Shown here one piece after another: positions 1 through 12,400 of a DNA stretch of 64,000 nt. The notes under the pieces were generated by a model. That model made no database searches, had not been told where the DNA came from, and worked only from the letters and a program-made list of their open reading frames with translations. Each line of letters opens with the position of its first letter. The first letter of the stretch is position 1. Origin of the DNA: Eledone cirrhosa (Eukaryota); assembly GCA_964016885.1 (NCBI GenBank), contig OZ024754.1, positions 19,902,001-19,966,000 of the forward strand. Direction: 5' to 3'. The position numbers were made by a program, and so were the translations under genes.

Positions 1-419
1 ATATAGTTACTTTAGTTTGAACACAGTCTTAGATCAAGTCACTTATCAGACATGTACAGGTGTGGCTAAAATGACTCTTCCATGATATAGTTACTTTAGT
101 TTGAACACAGTCTTAGAGCAAGTCACTTGCCAGACATGTACAACTGTGGCTAAAATGACTCTTCCATGATATAGTTACTTTAGTTCCAACACATTCACAG
201 ATCAAGTCACTTGCCAGACATGTACAACTATGGCTAAAATGACTATCCATGATATAGTTACCTTAGTTTCAACACAGTCACAGATCATGACACTTACCAG
301 ACATGTAAAACTGTAGCTAACATGACTCTTCCATGATATAGTTACTTTAGTTTCAACACAGTCTCAGATCAAGTCACTTACCAGACATGTACAACTGTTG
401 CTAAAATGACTCTTCCATG

Positions 420-3400
420 ATATAGTTACTTTAGTTTCAACACAGTCTCAGATCAAATCACTTACCAGACATGTACAACTGTTGCTAAAATGACTCTTCC
501 ATGATATAGTTACTTTAGTTTCAACACAGTCTCAGACAAGTCACTTACCAGACATGTACTACTGTGGCTAAAATGACTCTTCCATGATATAGTTACTTTA
601 GTTTCAACACAGTCTCAGATCAAGTCACTTGCCAGACATGTACAACTGTGGCTAAATTGACTCTTCCATGATATAGTTACTTTAGTTTCAACACATTCAC
701 AGATCAAGTCACTTGCCAGACATGTACAACTGTGGCTAAAATGACTATCCATGATATAGTTACTTTAGTTTCAACACAGACACAGATCAAGTCACTTGCC
801 AGACATGTACAAGTGTAGCAAAAATGACTCTTCAATGATATAGTTACTTTAGTTTCAACACAATCTCAGATCAAGTCACTTGCCAGGGATGTACAACTGT
901 AACTAAAATGATTCTTCCATGATATAGTTACTTTAGTTTGAACACAGTCTTAGATCAAGTCACTGACCAGACATGTACAACTGTGGCTAAAATGACTCTT
1001 CCATGATATAGTTACTTTAGTTTCAACACATTCACAGATCAAGTCACTTGCCAGACATGTACAACTGTGGCTAAAATGACTATCCATGATATAGTTACCT
1101 CAGTTTCAACACAATCTCAGATGAAGTCACTTACCATACATGTACAACTGTGGCTAGAATGACTCTTCCATGATATAGTTACTTTAGTTTTAACACAATC
1201 TCAGATCAAGTCACTTGCCAGACATGTACAACTGTAGCTAAAATGACTCTTCCATGATATAGTTACTTTAGTTTGAACACAGTCTTAGATCAAGTCACTT
1301 GCCAGACATGTACAACTGTGGCTAAAATAACTCTTCCATGATATAGTTACTTTAGTTTCAACACAGTCTCAGATAAAGTCACTTGCCAGACATCTACAAC
1401 TGTGGCTAAAATGACTCTTCCATGATATAGTTACTTTAGTTTCAACACAATCTCAGATCAAGTCACTTACCATACATGTACAACTGTGGCTAGAATGACT
1501 CTTCCATGATATAGTTACTTTAGTTTCAACACAATCTCAGATCAAGTCACTTGCCAGACATGTACAACTGTGGCTAAAATGACTCTTCCATGATATAGTT
1601 ACTTTAGTTTCAACACAATCTCAGATCAAATCACTTACCATACATGTACAACTGTGGCTAAAATGACTCTTCCATGATATAGTTACTTTAGTTTGAACAC
1701 AGTCTTAGAGCAAGTCACTTGCCAAACATGTACAACTGTGGCTAAAATGACTCTTCCATGATATAGTTACTTTAGTTTCAACACATTCACAGATCAAGTC
1801 ACTTGCCAGACATGTACAACTGTGGCTAAAATGACTATCCATGATATAGTTACCTTAGTTTCAACACAGTCACAGATCATGACACTTAGCAGACATGTAA
1901 AACTGTAGCTATCATGACTCTTCCATGATATAGTTACTTTAGTTTCAACACAGTCTCAGATCAAGTCACTTGCCAGACATGTACAACTGTAGCTATCATG
2001 ACTCTTCCATGATAGAGTTACTTTAGTTTCAACACAGTCTCAGATCAAGTCACTTGCCAGACATGTACAACTGTGACTAAAATGACTCTTCCATGATATA
2101 GTTACTTTAGTTTCAACACAATCTCAGATCAAGTCACTTACCATACATGTACAACTGTGGCTAGAATGACTCTTCCATGATATAGTTACTTTAGTTTCAA
2201 CACAATCTCAGATCAAGTCACTTGCCAGACATGTACAACTGTGGCTAAAATGACTCTTCCATGATATAGTTACTTTAGTTTCAACACAATCTCAGATGAA
2301 GTCACTTACCATACATGTACAAATGTGGCTAGAATGACTCTTCCATGATATAGTTACTTTAGTTTCAACACAATCTCAGATCAAGTCACTTGCCAGACAT
2401 GTACAACTGTGGCTAAAATGACTCTTCCATGATATAGTTACTTTAGTTTCAACACAATCTTAGATCAAGTCACCTGCCAGACATGTACAACTGTGGCTAA
2501 AATGACTCTTCCATGATATAGTTACTTTAGTTTGAACACAGTCTTAGATCAAGTCACTTATCAGACATGTACAGGTGTGGCTAAAATGACTCTTCCATGA
2601 TATAGTTACTTTAGTTTGAACACAGTCTTAGAGCAAGTCACTTGCCAGACATGTACAACTGTGGCTAAAATGACTCTTCCATGATATAGTTACTTTAGTT
2701 TCAACACATTCACAGATGAAGTCACTTGCCAGACATGTACAACTGTGGCTAAAATGACTATCCATGATATAGTTACCTTAGTTTCAACACAGTCACAGAT
2801 CATGACACTTACCAGACATGTAAAACTGTAGCTATCATGACTCTTCCATGATATAGTTACTTTAGTTTGAACACAGTCTTAGATCAAGTCACTTGCCAGA
2901 CATGTACAACTGTGGCTAAAATAACTCTTCCATGATATAGATACTTTAGTTTCACCACAGTCTCAGATAAAGTCACTTGCCAGACATCTACAACTGTGGC
3001 TAAAATGACTCTTCCATGATATAGTTACTTTAGTTTCAACACAGTCTCAGATCAAGTCACTTGCCAGACATATACAACTGTGGCTAAAATGACTCTTCCA
3101 TGATATATTTACTTTAGTTTCAACACAATCTCAGATCAAGTCAGTTACCATACATGTACAACTGTGGCTAGAATGACTCTTCCATGATATAGTTACTTTA
3201 GTTTGAACACAGTCTTAGAGCAAGTCACTTGCCAAACATGTACAACTGTGGCTAAAATGACTCTTCCATGATATAGTTACTTTAGTTTCAACACATTCAC
3301 AGATCAAGTCACTTGCCAGACATGTACAACTGTGGCTAAAATGACTATCCATGATATAGTTACCTTAGTTTCAACACAGTCACAGATCATGACACTTACC

Positions 3401-6400
3401 AGACATGTAAAACTGTAGCTATCATGACTCTTCCATGATATAGTTACTTTAGTTTCAACACAGTCTCAGATCAAGTCACTTGCCAGACATGTACAACTGT
3501 AGCTATCATGACTCTTCCATGATATAGTTACTTTAGTTTCAACACAGTCTCAGATCAAGTCACTTGCCAGACATGTACAACTGTGGCTAAAATGACTCTT
3601 CCATGATATAGTTACTTTAGTTTCAACACAATCTCAGATCAAGTCACTTACCATACATGTACAACTGTGGCTAGAATGACTCTTCCATGATATAGTTACT
3701 TTAGTTTCAACACAATCTCAGATCAAGTCACTTGCCAGATATGTACAACTGTGGCTAAAATGACTCTTCCATGATATAGTTACTTTAGTTTCAACACAAT
3801 CTCAGATGAAGTCACTTACCATACATGTACAAATGTGGCTAGAATGACTCTTCCATGATATAGTTACTTTAGTTTCAACACAATCTCAGACCAAGTCACT
3901 TGCCAGACATGTACATCTGTGGCTAAAATGACTCTTCCATGATATAGTTACTTTAGTTTCAACACAATCTTAGATAAAGTCACCTGCCAGACATGTACAA
4001 CTGTGGCTAAAATGACTCTTCCATGATATAGTTACTTTAGTTTGAACACAGTTTTAGATCAAGTCACTTATCAGACATGTACACGTGTGGCTAAAATGAC
4101 TCTTCCATGATATAGTTACTTTAGTTTGAACACAGTCTTAGAGCAAGTCACTTGCCAGACATGTACAACTGTGGCTAAAATGACTCTTCCATGATATAGT
4201 TACTTTAGTTTCAACACATTCACAGATGAAGTCACTTGCCAGACATGTACAACTGTGGCTAAAATGACTATCCATGATATAGTTACCTTAGTTTCAACAC
4301 AGTCACAGATCATGACACTTACCAGACATGTAAAACTGTAGCTATCATGACTCTTCCATGATATAGTTACTTTAGTTTCAACACAGTCTCAGATCAAGTC
4401 ACTTACCAGACATGTACAACTGTTGCTAAAATGACTCTTCCATGATATAGTTACTTTAGTTTCAACACAGTCTCAGATCAAGTCACTTACCAGACATGTA
4501 CAACTGTTGCTAAAATGACTCTTCCATGATATAGTTACTTTAGTTTCAACACAGTCTCAGATCAAGTCACTTACCAGACATGTACTACTGTGGCTAAAAT
4601 GACTCTTCCATGAAATAGTTACTTTAGTTTCAACACAGTCTCAGATCAAGTCACTTGCCAGACATGTACAACTGTGGCTAAATTGACTCTTCCATGATAT
4701 AGTTACTTTAGTTTCAACACAGTCTCAGATCAAGTCACTTGCCAGACGTGTACAACTGTGGCTAAAATGACTCTTCCATGATATAGTTACTTTAGTTTCA
4801 ACACATTCACAGATCAAGTCACTTGCCAGACATGTACAACTGTGGCTAAAATGACTATCCATGATATAGTTACTTTAGTTTCAACACAGACACAGATCAA
4901 GTCACTTGCCAGACATGTACAAGTGTAGCAAAAATGACTCTTCAATGATATAGTTACTTTAGTTTCAACACAATCTCAGATCAAGTCACTTGCCAGACAT
5001 GTACAACTGTGGCTAAAATGAGTCTTCCATGATATAGTTACTTTAGTTTCAACACAATCTCAGATCAAGTCACTTACCATACATGTACAACTGTGGCTAG
5101 AATGACTCTTCCATGATATAGTTACTTTAGTTTCAACACAGTTTCAGATCAAGTCACTTGCCAGACGTGTACAACTGTGGCTAAAATGACTCTTCCATGA
5201 TATAGTTACTTTAGTTTCAACACATTCACAGATCAAGTCACTTGCCAGACATGTACAACTGTGGCTAAAATGACTATCCATGATATAGTTACTTTAGTTT
5301 CAACACAGTCTCAGATCAAATCACTTACCAGACATGTACAACTGTTGCTAAAATGACTCTTCCATGATATAGTTACTTTAGTTTCAACACAGTCTCAGAC
5401 AAGTCACTTACCAGACATGTACTACTGTGGCTAAAATGACTCTTCCATGATATAGTTACTTTAGTTTCAACACAGTCTCAGATCAAGTCACTTGCCAGAC
5501 ATGTACAACTGTGGCTAAATTGACTCTTCCATGATATAGTTACTTTAGTTTCAACACATTCACAGATCAAGCCACTTGCCAGACATGTACAACTGTGGCT
5601 AAAATGACTATCCATGATATAGTTACTTTAGTTTCAACACAGACACAGATCAAGTCACTTGCCAGACATGTACAAGTGTAGCAAAAATGACTCTTCAATG
5701 ATATAGTTACTTTAGTTTCAACACAATCTCAGATCAAGTCACTTGCCAGGGATGTACAACTGTAACTAAAATGATTCTTCCATGATATAGTTACTTTAGT
5801 TTGAACACAGTCTTAGATCAAGTCACTGACCAGACATGTACAACTGTGGCTAAAATGACTCTTCCATGATATAGTTACTTTAGTTTCAACACATTCACAG
5901 ATCAAGTCACTTGCCAGACATGTACAACTGTGGCTAAAATGACTATCCATGATATAGTTACCTCAGTTTCAACACAATCTCAGATGAAGTCACTTACCAT
6001 ACATGTACAACTGTGGCTAGAATGACTCTTCCATGATATAGTTACTTTAGTTTTAACACAATCTCAGATCAAGTCACTTGCCAGACATGTACAACTGTAG
6101 CTAAAATGACTCTTCCATGATATAGTTACTTTAGTTTGAACACAGTCTTAGATCAAGTCACTTGCCAGACATGTACAACTGTGGCTAAAATAACTCTTCC
6201 ATGATATAGTTACTTTAGTTTCAACACAGTCTCAGGTAAAGTCACTTGCCAGACATCTACAACTGTGGCTAAAATGACTCTTCCATGATATAGTTACTTT
6301 AGTTTCAACACAATCTCAGATCAAGTCACTTACCATACATGTACAACTGTGGCTAGAATGACTCTTCCATGATATAGTTACTTTAGTTTCAACACAATCT

Positions 6401-9400
6401 CAGATCAAGTTACTTGCCAGACATGTACAACTGTGGCTAAAATGACTCTTCCATGATATAGTTACTTTAGTTTCAACACAATCTCAGATCAAATCACTTA
6501 CCATACATGTACAACTGTGGCTAAAATGACTCTTCCATGATATAGTTACTTTAGTTTGAACACAGTCTTAGAGCAAGTCACTTGCCAAACATGTACAACT
6601 GTGGCTAAAATGACTCTTCCATGATATAGTTACTTTAGTTTCAACACATTCACAGATCAAGTCACTTGCCAGACATGTACAACTGTGGCTAAAATGACTA
6701 TCCATGATATAGTTACCTTAGTTTCAACACAGTCTCAGATCATGACACTTAGCAGACATGTAAAACTGTAGCTATCATGACTCTTCCATGATATAGTTAC
6801 TTTAGTTTCAACACAGTCTCAGATCAAGTCACTTGCCAGACATGTACAACTGTAGCTATCATGACTCTTCCATGATAGAGTTACTTTAGTTTCAACACAG
6901 TCTCAGATCAAGTCACTTGCCAGACATGTACAACTGTGACTAAAATGACTCTTCCATGATATAGTTACTTTAGTTTCAACACAATCTCAGATCAAGTCAC
7001 TTACCATACATGTACAACTGTGGCTAGAATGACTCTTCCATGATATAGTTACTTTAGTTTCAACACAATCTCAGATCAAGTCACTTGCCAGACATGTACA
7101 ACTGTGGCTAAAATGACTCTTCCATGATATAGTTACTTTAGTTTCAACACAATCTCAGATGAAGTCACTTACCATACATGTACAAATGTGGCTAGAATGA
7201 CTCTTCCATGATATAGTTACTTTAGTTTCAACACAATCTCAGATCAAGTCACTTGCCAGACATGTACAACTGTGGCTAAAATGACTCTTCCATGATATAG
7301 TTACTTTAGTTTCAACACAATCTTAGATCAAGTCACCTGCCAGACATGTACAACTGTGGCTAAAATGACTCTTCCATGATATAGTTACTTTAGTTTGAAC
7401 ACAGTCTTAGATCAAGTCACTTATCAGACATGTACAGGTGTGGCTAAAATGACTCTTCCATGATATAGTTACTTTAGTTTGAACACAGTCTTAGAGCAAG
7501 TCACTTGCCAGACATGTACAACTGTGGCTAAAATGACTCTTCCATGATATAGTTACTTTAGTTTCAACACATTCACAGATGAAGTCACTTGCCAGACATG
7601 TACAACTGTGGCTAAAATGACTATCCATGATATAGTTACCTTAGTTTCAACACAGTCACAGATCATGACACTTACCAGACATGTAAAACTGTAGCTATCA
7701 TGACTCTTCCATGATATAGTTACTTTAGTTTGAACACAGTCTTAGATCAAGTCACTTGCCAGACATGTACAACTGTGGCTAAAATAACTCTTCCATGATA
7801 TAGATACTTTAGTTTCACCACAGTCTCAGATAAAGTCACTTGCCAGACATCTACAACTGTGGCTAAAATGACTCTTCCATGATATAGTTACTTTAGTTTC
7901 AACACAGTCTCAGATCAAGTCACTTGCCAGACATATACAACTGTGGCTAAAATGACTCTTCCATGATATATTTACTTTAGTTTCAACACAATCTCAGATC
8001 AAGTCAGTTACCATACATGTACAACTGTGGCTAGAATGACTCTTCCATGATATAGTTACTTTAGTTTCAACACAGTTTCAGACCAGGTCACTTGCCAAAC
8101 ATGTACAACTGTGGCTAAAATGACTCTTCCATGATACAGTTACTTTAGTTTCAACACATTCACAGATCAAGTCACTTGCCAGACATGTACAACTGTGGCT
8201 AAAATGACTATCCATGATATAGTTACCTTAGTTTCAACACAGTCACAGATCATGACACTTACCAGACATGTAAAACTGTAGCTATCATGACTCTTCCATG
8301 ATATAGTTACTTTAGTTTCAACACAGTCTCAGATCAAGTCACTTGCCAGACATGTACAACTGTAGCTATCATGACTCTTCCATGATATAGTTACTTTAGT
8401 TTCAACACAGTCTCAGATCAAGTCACTTGCCAGACATGTACAACTGTGGCTAAAATGACTCTTCCATGATATAGTTACTTTAGTTTCAACACAATCTCAG
8501 ATCAAGTCATTTACCATACATGTACAACTGTGGCTAGAATGACTCTTCCATGATATAGTTACTTTAGTTTCAACACAATCTCAGATCAAGTCACTTGCCA
8601 GATATGTACAACTGTGGCTAAAATGACTCTTCCATGATATAGTTACTTTAGTTTCAACACAATCTCAGATGAAGTCACTTACCATACATGTACAAATGTG
8701 GCTAGAATGACTCTTCCATGATATAGTTACTTTAGTTTCAACACAATCTCAGACCAAGTCACTTGCCAGACATGTACATCTGTGGCTAAAATGACTCTTC
8801 CATGATATAGTTACTTTAGTTTCAACACAATCTTAGATAAAGTCACCTGCCAGACATGTACAACTGTGGCTAAAATGACTCTTCCATGATATAGTTACTT
8901 TAGTTTGAACACAGTCTTAGATCAAGTCACTTATCAGACATGTACACGTGTGGCTAAAATGACTCTTCCATGATATAGTTACTTTAGTTTGAACACAGTC
9001 TTAGAGCAAGTCACTTGCCAGACATGTACAACTGTGGCTAAAATGACTCTTCCATGATATAGTTACTTTAGTTTCAACACATTCACAGATGAAGTCACTT
9101 GCCAGACATGTACAACTGTGGCTAAAATGACTATCCATGATATAGTTACCTTAGTTTCAACACAGTCACAGATCATGACACTTACCAGACATGTAAAACT
9201 GTAGCTATCATGACTCTTCCATGATATAGTTACTTTAGTTTCAACACAGTCTCAGATCAAGTCACTTACCAGACATGTACAACTGTTGCTAAAATGACTC
9301 TTCCATGATATAGTTACTTTAGTTTCAACACAATCTCAGATCAAGTCACTTACCATACATGTACAACTGTGGCTAGAATGACTCTTCCATGATATAGTTA

Positions 9401-12400
9401 CTTTAGTTTCAACACAATCTCAGATCAAGTCACTTGCCAGACATGTACAACTGTGGCTAAAATGACTCTTCCATGATATAGTTACTTTAGTTTCAACACA
9501 ATCTCAGATGAAGTCACTTACCATACATGTACAAATGTGGCTAGAATGACTCTTCCATGATATAGTTACTTTAGTTTCAACACAATCTCAGATCAAGTCA
9601 CTTGCCAGACATGTACAACTGTGGCTAAAATGACTCTTCCATGATATAGTTACTTTAGTTTCAACACAATCTTAGATCAAGTCACCTGCCAGACATGTAC
9701 AACTGTGGCTAAAATGACTCTTCCATGATATAGTTACTTTAGTTTGAACACAGTCTTAGATCAAGTCACTTATCAGACATGTACAGGTGTGGCTAAAATG
9801 ACTCTTCCATGATATAGTTACTTTAGTTTGAACACAGTCTTAGAGCAAGTCACTTGCCAGACATGTACAACTGTGGCTAAAATGACTCTTCCATGATATA
9901 GTTACTTTAGTTTCAACACATTCACAGATGAAGTCACTTGCCAGACATGTACAACTGTGGCTAAAATGACTATCCATGATATAGTTACCTTAGTTTCAAC
10001 ACAGTCACAGATCATGACACTTACCAGACATGTAAAACTGTAGCTATCATGACTCTTCCATGATATAGTTACTTTAGTTTGAACACAGTCTTAGATCAAG
10101 TCACTTGCCAGACATGTACAACTGTGGCTAAAATAACTCTTCCATGATATAGATACTTTAGTTTCAACACAGTCTCAGATAAAGTCACTTGCCAGACATC
10201 TACAACTGTGGCTAAAATGACTCTTCCATGATATAGTTACTTTAGTTTCAACACAGTCTCAGATCAAGTCACTTGCCAGACATATACAACTGTGGCTAAA
10301 ATGACTCTTCCATGATATATTTACTTTAGTTTCAACACAATCTCAGATCAAGTCAGTTACCATACATGTACAACTGTGGCTAGAATGACTCTTCCATGAT
10401 ATAGTTACTTTAGTTTGAACACAGTCTTAGAGCAAGTCACTTGCCAAACATGTACAACTGTGGCTAAAATGACTCTTCCATGATATAGTTACTTTAGTTT
10501 CAACACATTCACAGATCAAGTCACTTGCCAGACATGTACAACTGTGGCTAAAATGACTATCCATGATATAGTTACCTTAGTTTCAACACAGTCACAGATC
10601 ATGACACTTACCAGACATGTAAAACTGTAGCTATCATGACTCTTCCATGATATAGTTACTTTAGTTTCAACACAGTCTCAGATCAAGTCACTTGCCAGAC
10701 ATGTACAACTGTAGCTATCATGACTCTTCCATGATATAGTTACTTTAGTTTCAACACAGTCTCAGATCAAGTCACTTGCCAGACATGTACAACTGTGGCT
10801 AAAATGACTCTTCCATGATATAGTTACTTTAGTTTCAACACAATCTCAGATCAAGTCACTTACCATACATGTACAACTGTGGCTAGAATGACTCTTCCAT
10901 GATATAGTTACTTTAGTTTCAACACAATCTCAGATCAAGTCACTTGCCAGATATGTACAACTGTGGCTAAAATGACTCTTCCATGATATAGTTACTTTAG
11001 TTTCAACACAATCTCAGATGAAGTCACTTACCATACATGTACAAATGTGGCTAGAATGACTCTTCCATGATATAGTTACTTTAGTTTCAACACAATCTCA
11101 GACCAAGTCACTTGCCAGACATGTACATCTGTGGCTAAAATGACTCTTCCATGATATAGTTACTTTAGTTTCAACACAATCTTAGATAAAGTCACCTGCC
11201 AGACATGTACAACTGTGGCTAAAATGACTCTTCCATGATATAGTTACTTTAGTTTGAACACAGTCTTAGATCAAGTCACTTATCAGACATGTACACGTGT
11301 GGCTAAAATGACTCTTCCATGATATAGTTACTTTAGTTTGAACACAGTCTTAGAGCAAGTCACTTGCCAGACATGTACAACTGTGGCTAAAATGACTCTT
11401 CCATGATATAGTTACTTTAGTTTCAACACATTCACAGATGAAGTCACTTGCCAGACATGTACAACTGTGGCTAAAATGACTATCCATGATATAGTTACCT
11501 TAGTTTCAACACAGTCACAGATCATGACACTTACCAGACATGTAAAACTGTAGCTATCATGACTCTTCCATGATATAGTTACTTTAGTTTCAACACAGTC
11601 TCAGATCAAGTCACTTACCAGACATGTACAACTGTTGCTAAAATGACTCTTCCATGATATAGTTACTTTAGTTTCAACACAGTCTCAGATCAAGTCACTT
11701 ACCAGACATGTACAACTGTTGCTAAAATGACTCTTCCATGATATAGTTACTTTAGTTTCAACACAGTCTCAGATCAAGTCACTTACCAGACATGTACTAC
11801 TGTGGCTAAAATGACTCTTCCATGAAATAGTTACTTTAGTTTCAACACAGTCTCAGATCAAGTCACTTGCCAGACATGTACAACTGTGGCTAAATTGACT
11901 CTTCCATGATATAGTTACTTTAGTTTCAACACAGTCTCAGATCAAGTCACTTGCCAGACGTGTACAACTGTGGCTAAAATGACTCTTCCATGATATAGTT
12001 ACTTTAGTTTCAACACATTCACAGATCAAGTCACTTGCCAGACATGTACAACTGTGGCTAAAATGACTATCCATGATATAGTTACTTTAGTTTCAACACA
12101 GACACAGATCAAGTCACTTGCCAGACATGTACAAGTGTAGCAAAAATGACTCTTCAATGATATAGTTACTTTAGTTTCAACACAATCTCAGATCAAGTCA
12201 CTTGCCAGACATGTACAACTGTGGCTAAAATGAGTCTTCCATGATATAGTTACTTTAGTTTCAACACAATCTCAGATCAAGTCACTTACCATACATGTAC
12301 AACTGTGGCTAGAATGACTCTTCCATGATATAGTTACTTTAGTTTCAACACAGTTTCAGATCAAGTCACTTGCCAGACGTGTACAACTGTGGCTAAAATG

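Noticed and set aside
1-84. Internal 42-bp sub-repeat, tRNA/5S origin, CENP-B box or telomeric motif
   Set aside because: The two halves do not align (only AGTTACTT/AGTCACTT resemble each other). I recognised no A/B box. A CENP-B box needs CpGs, which are absent.
619-644. p53-like half-sites (AGACATGTAC, GATCAAGTCA) and an AP-1-like TGACTCT
   Set aside because: The matches are imperfect with non-canonical spacing, are expected by chance, and cannot be supported without binding data.
609-651. RSS- or Transib-like CACAGT...ACTGTG ends
   Set aside because: The match is only 6 bp, with no nonamer at 12/23 spacing and no target-site duplication.
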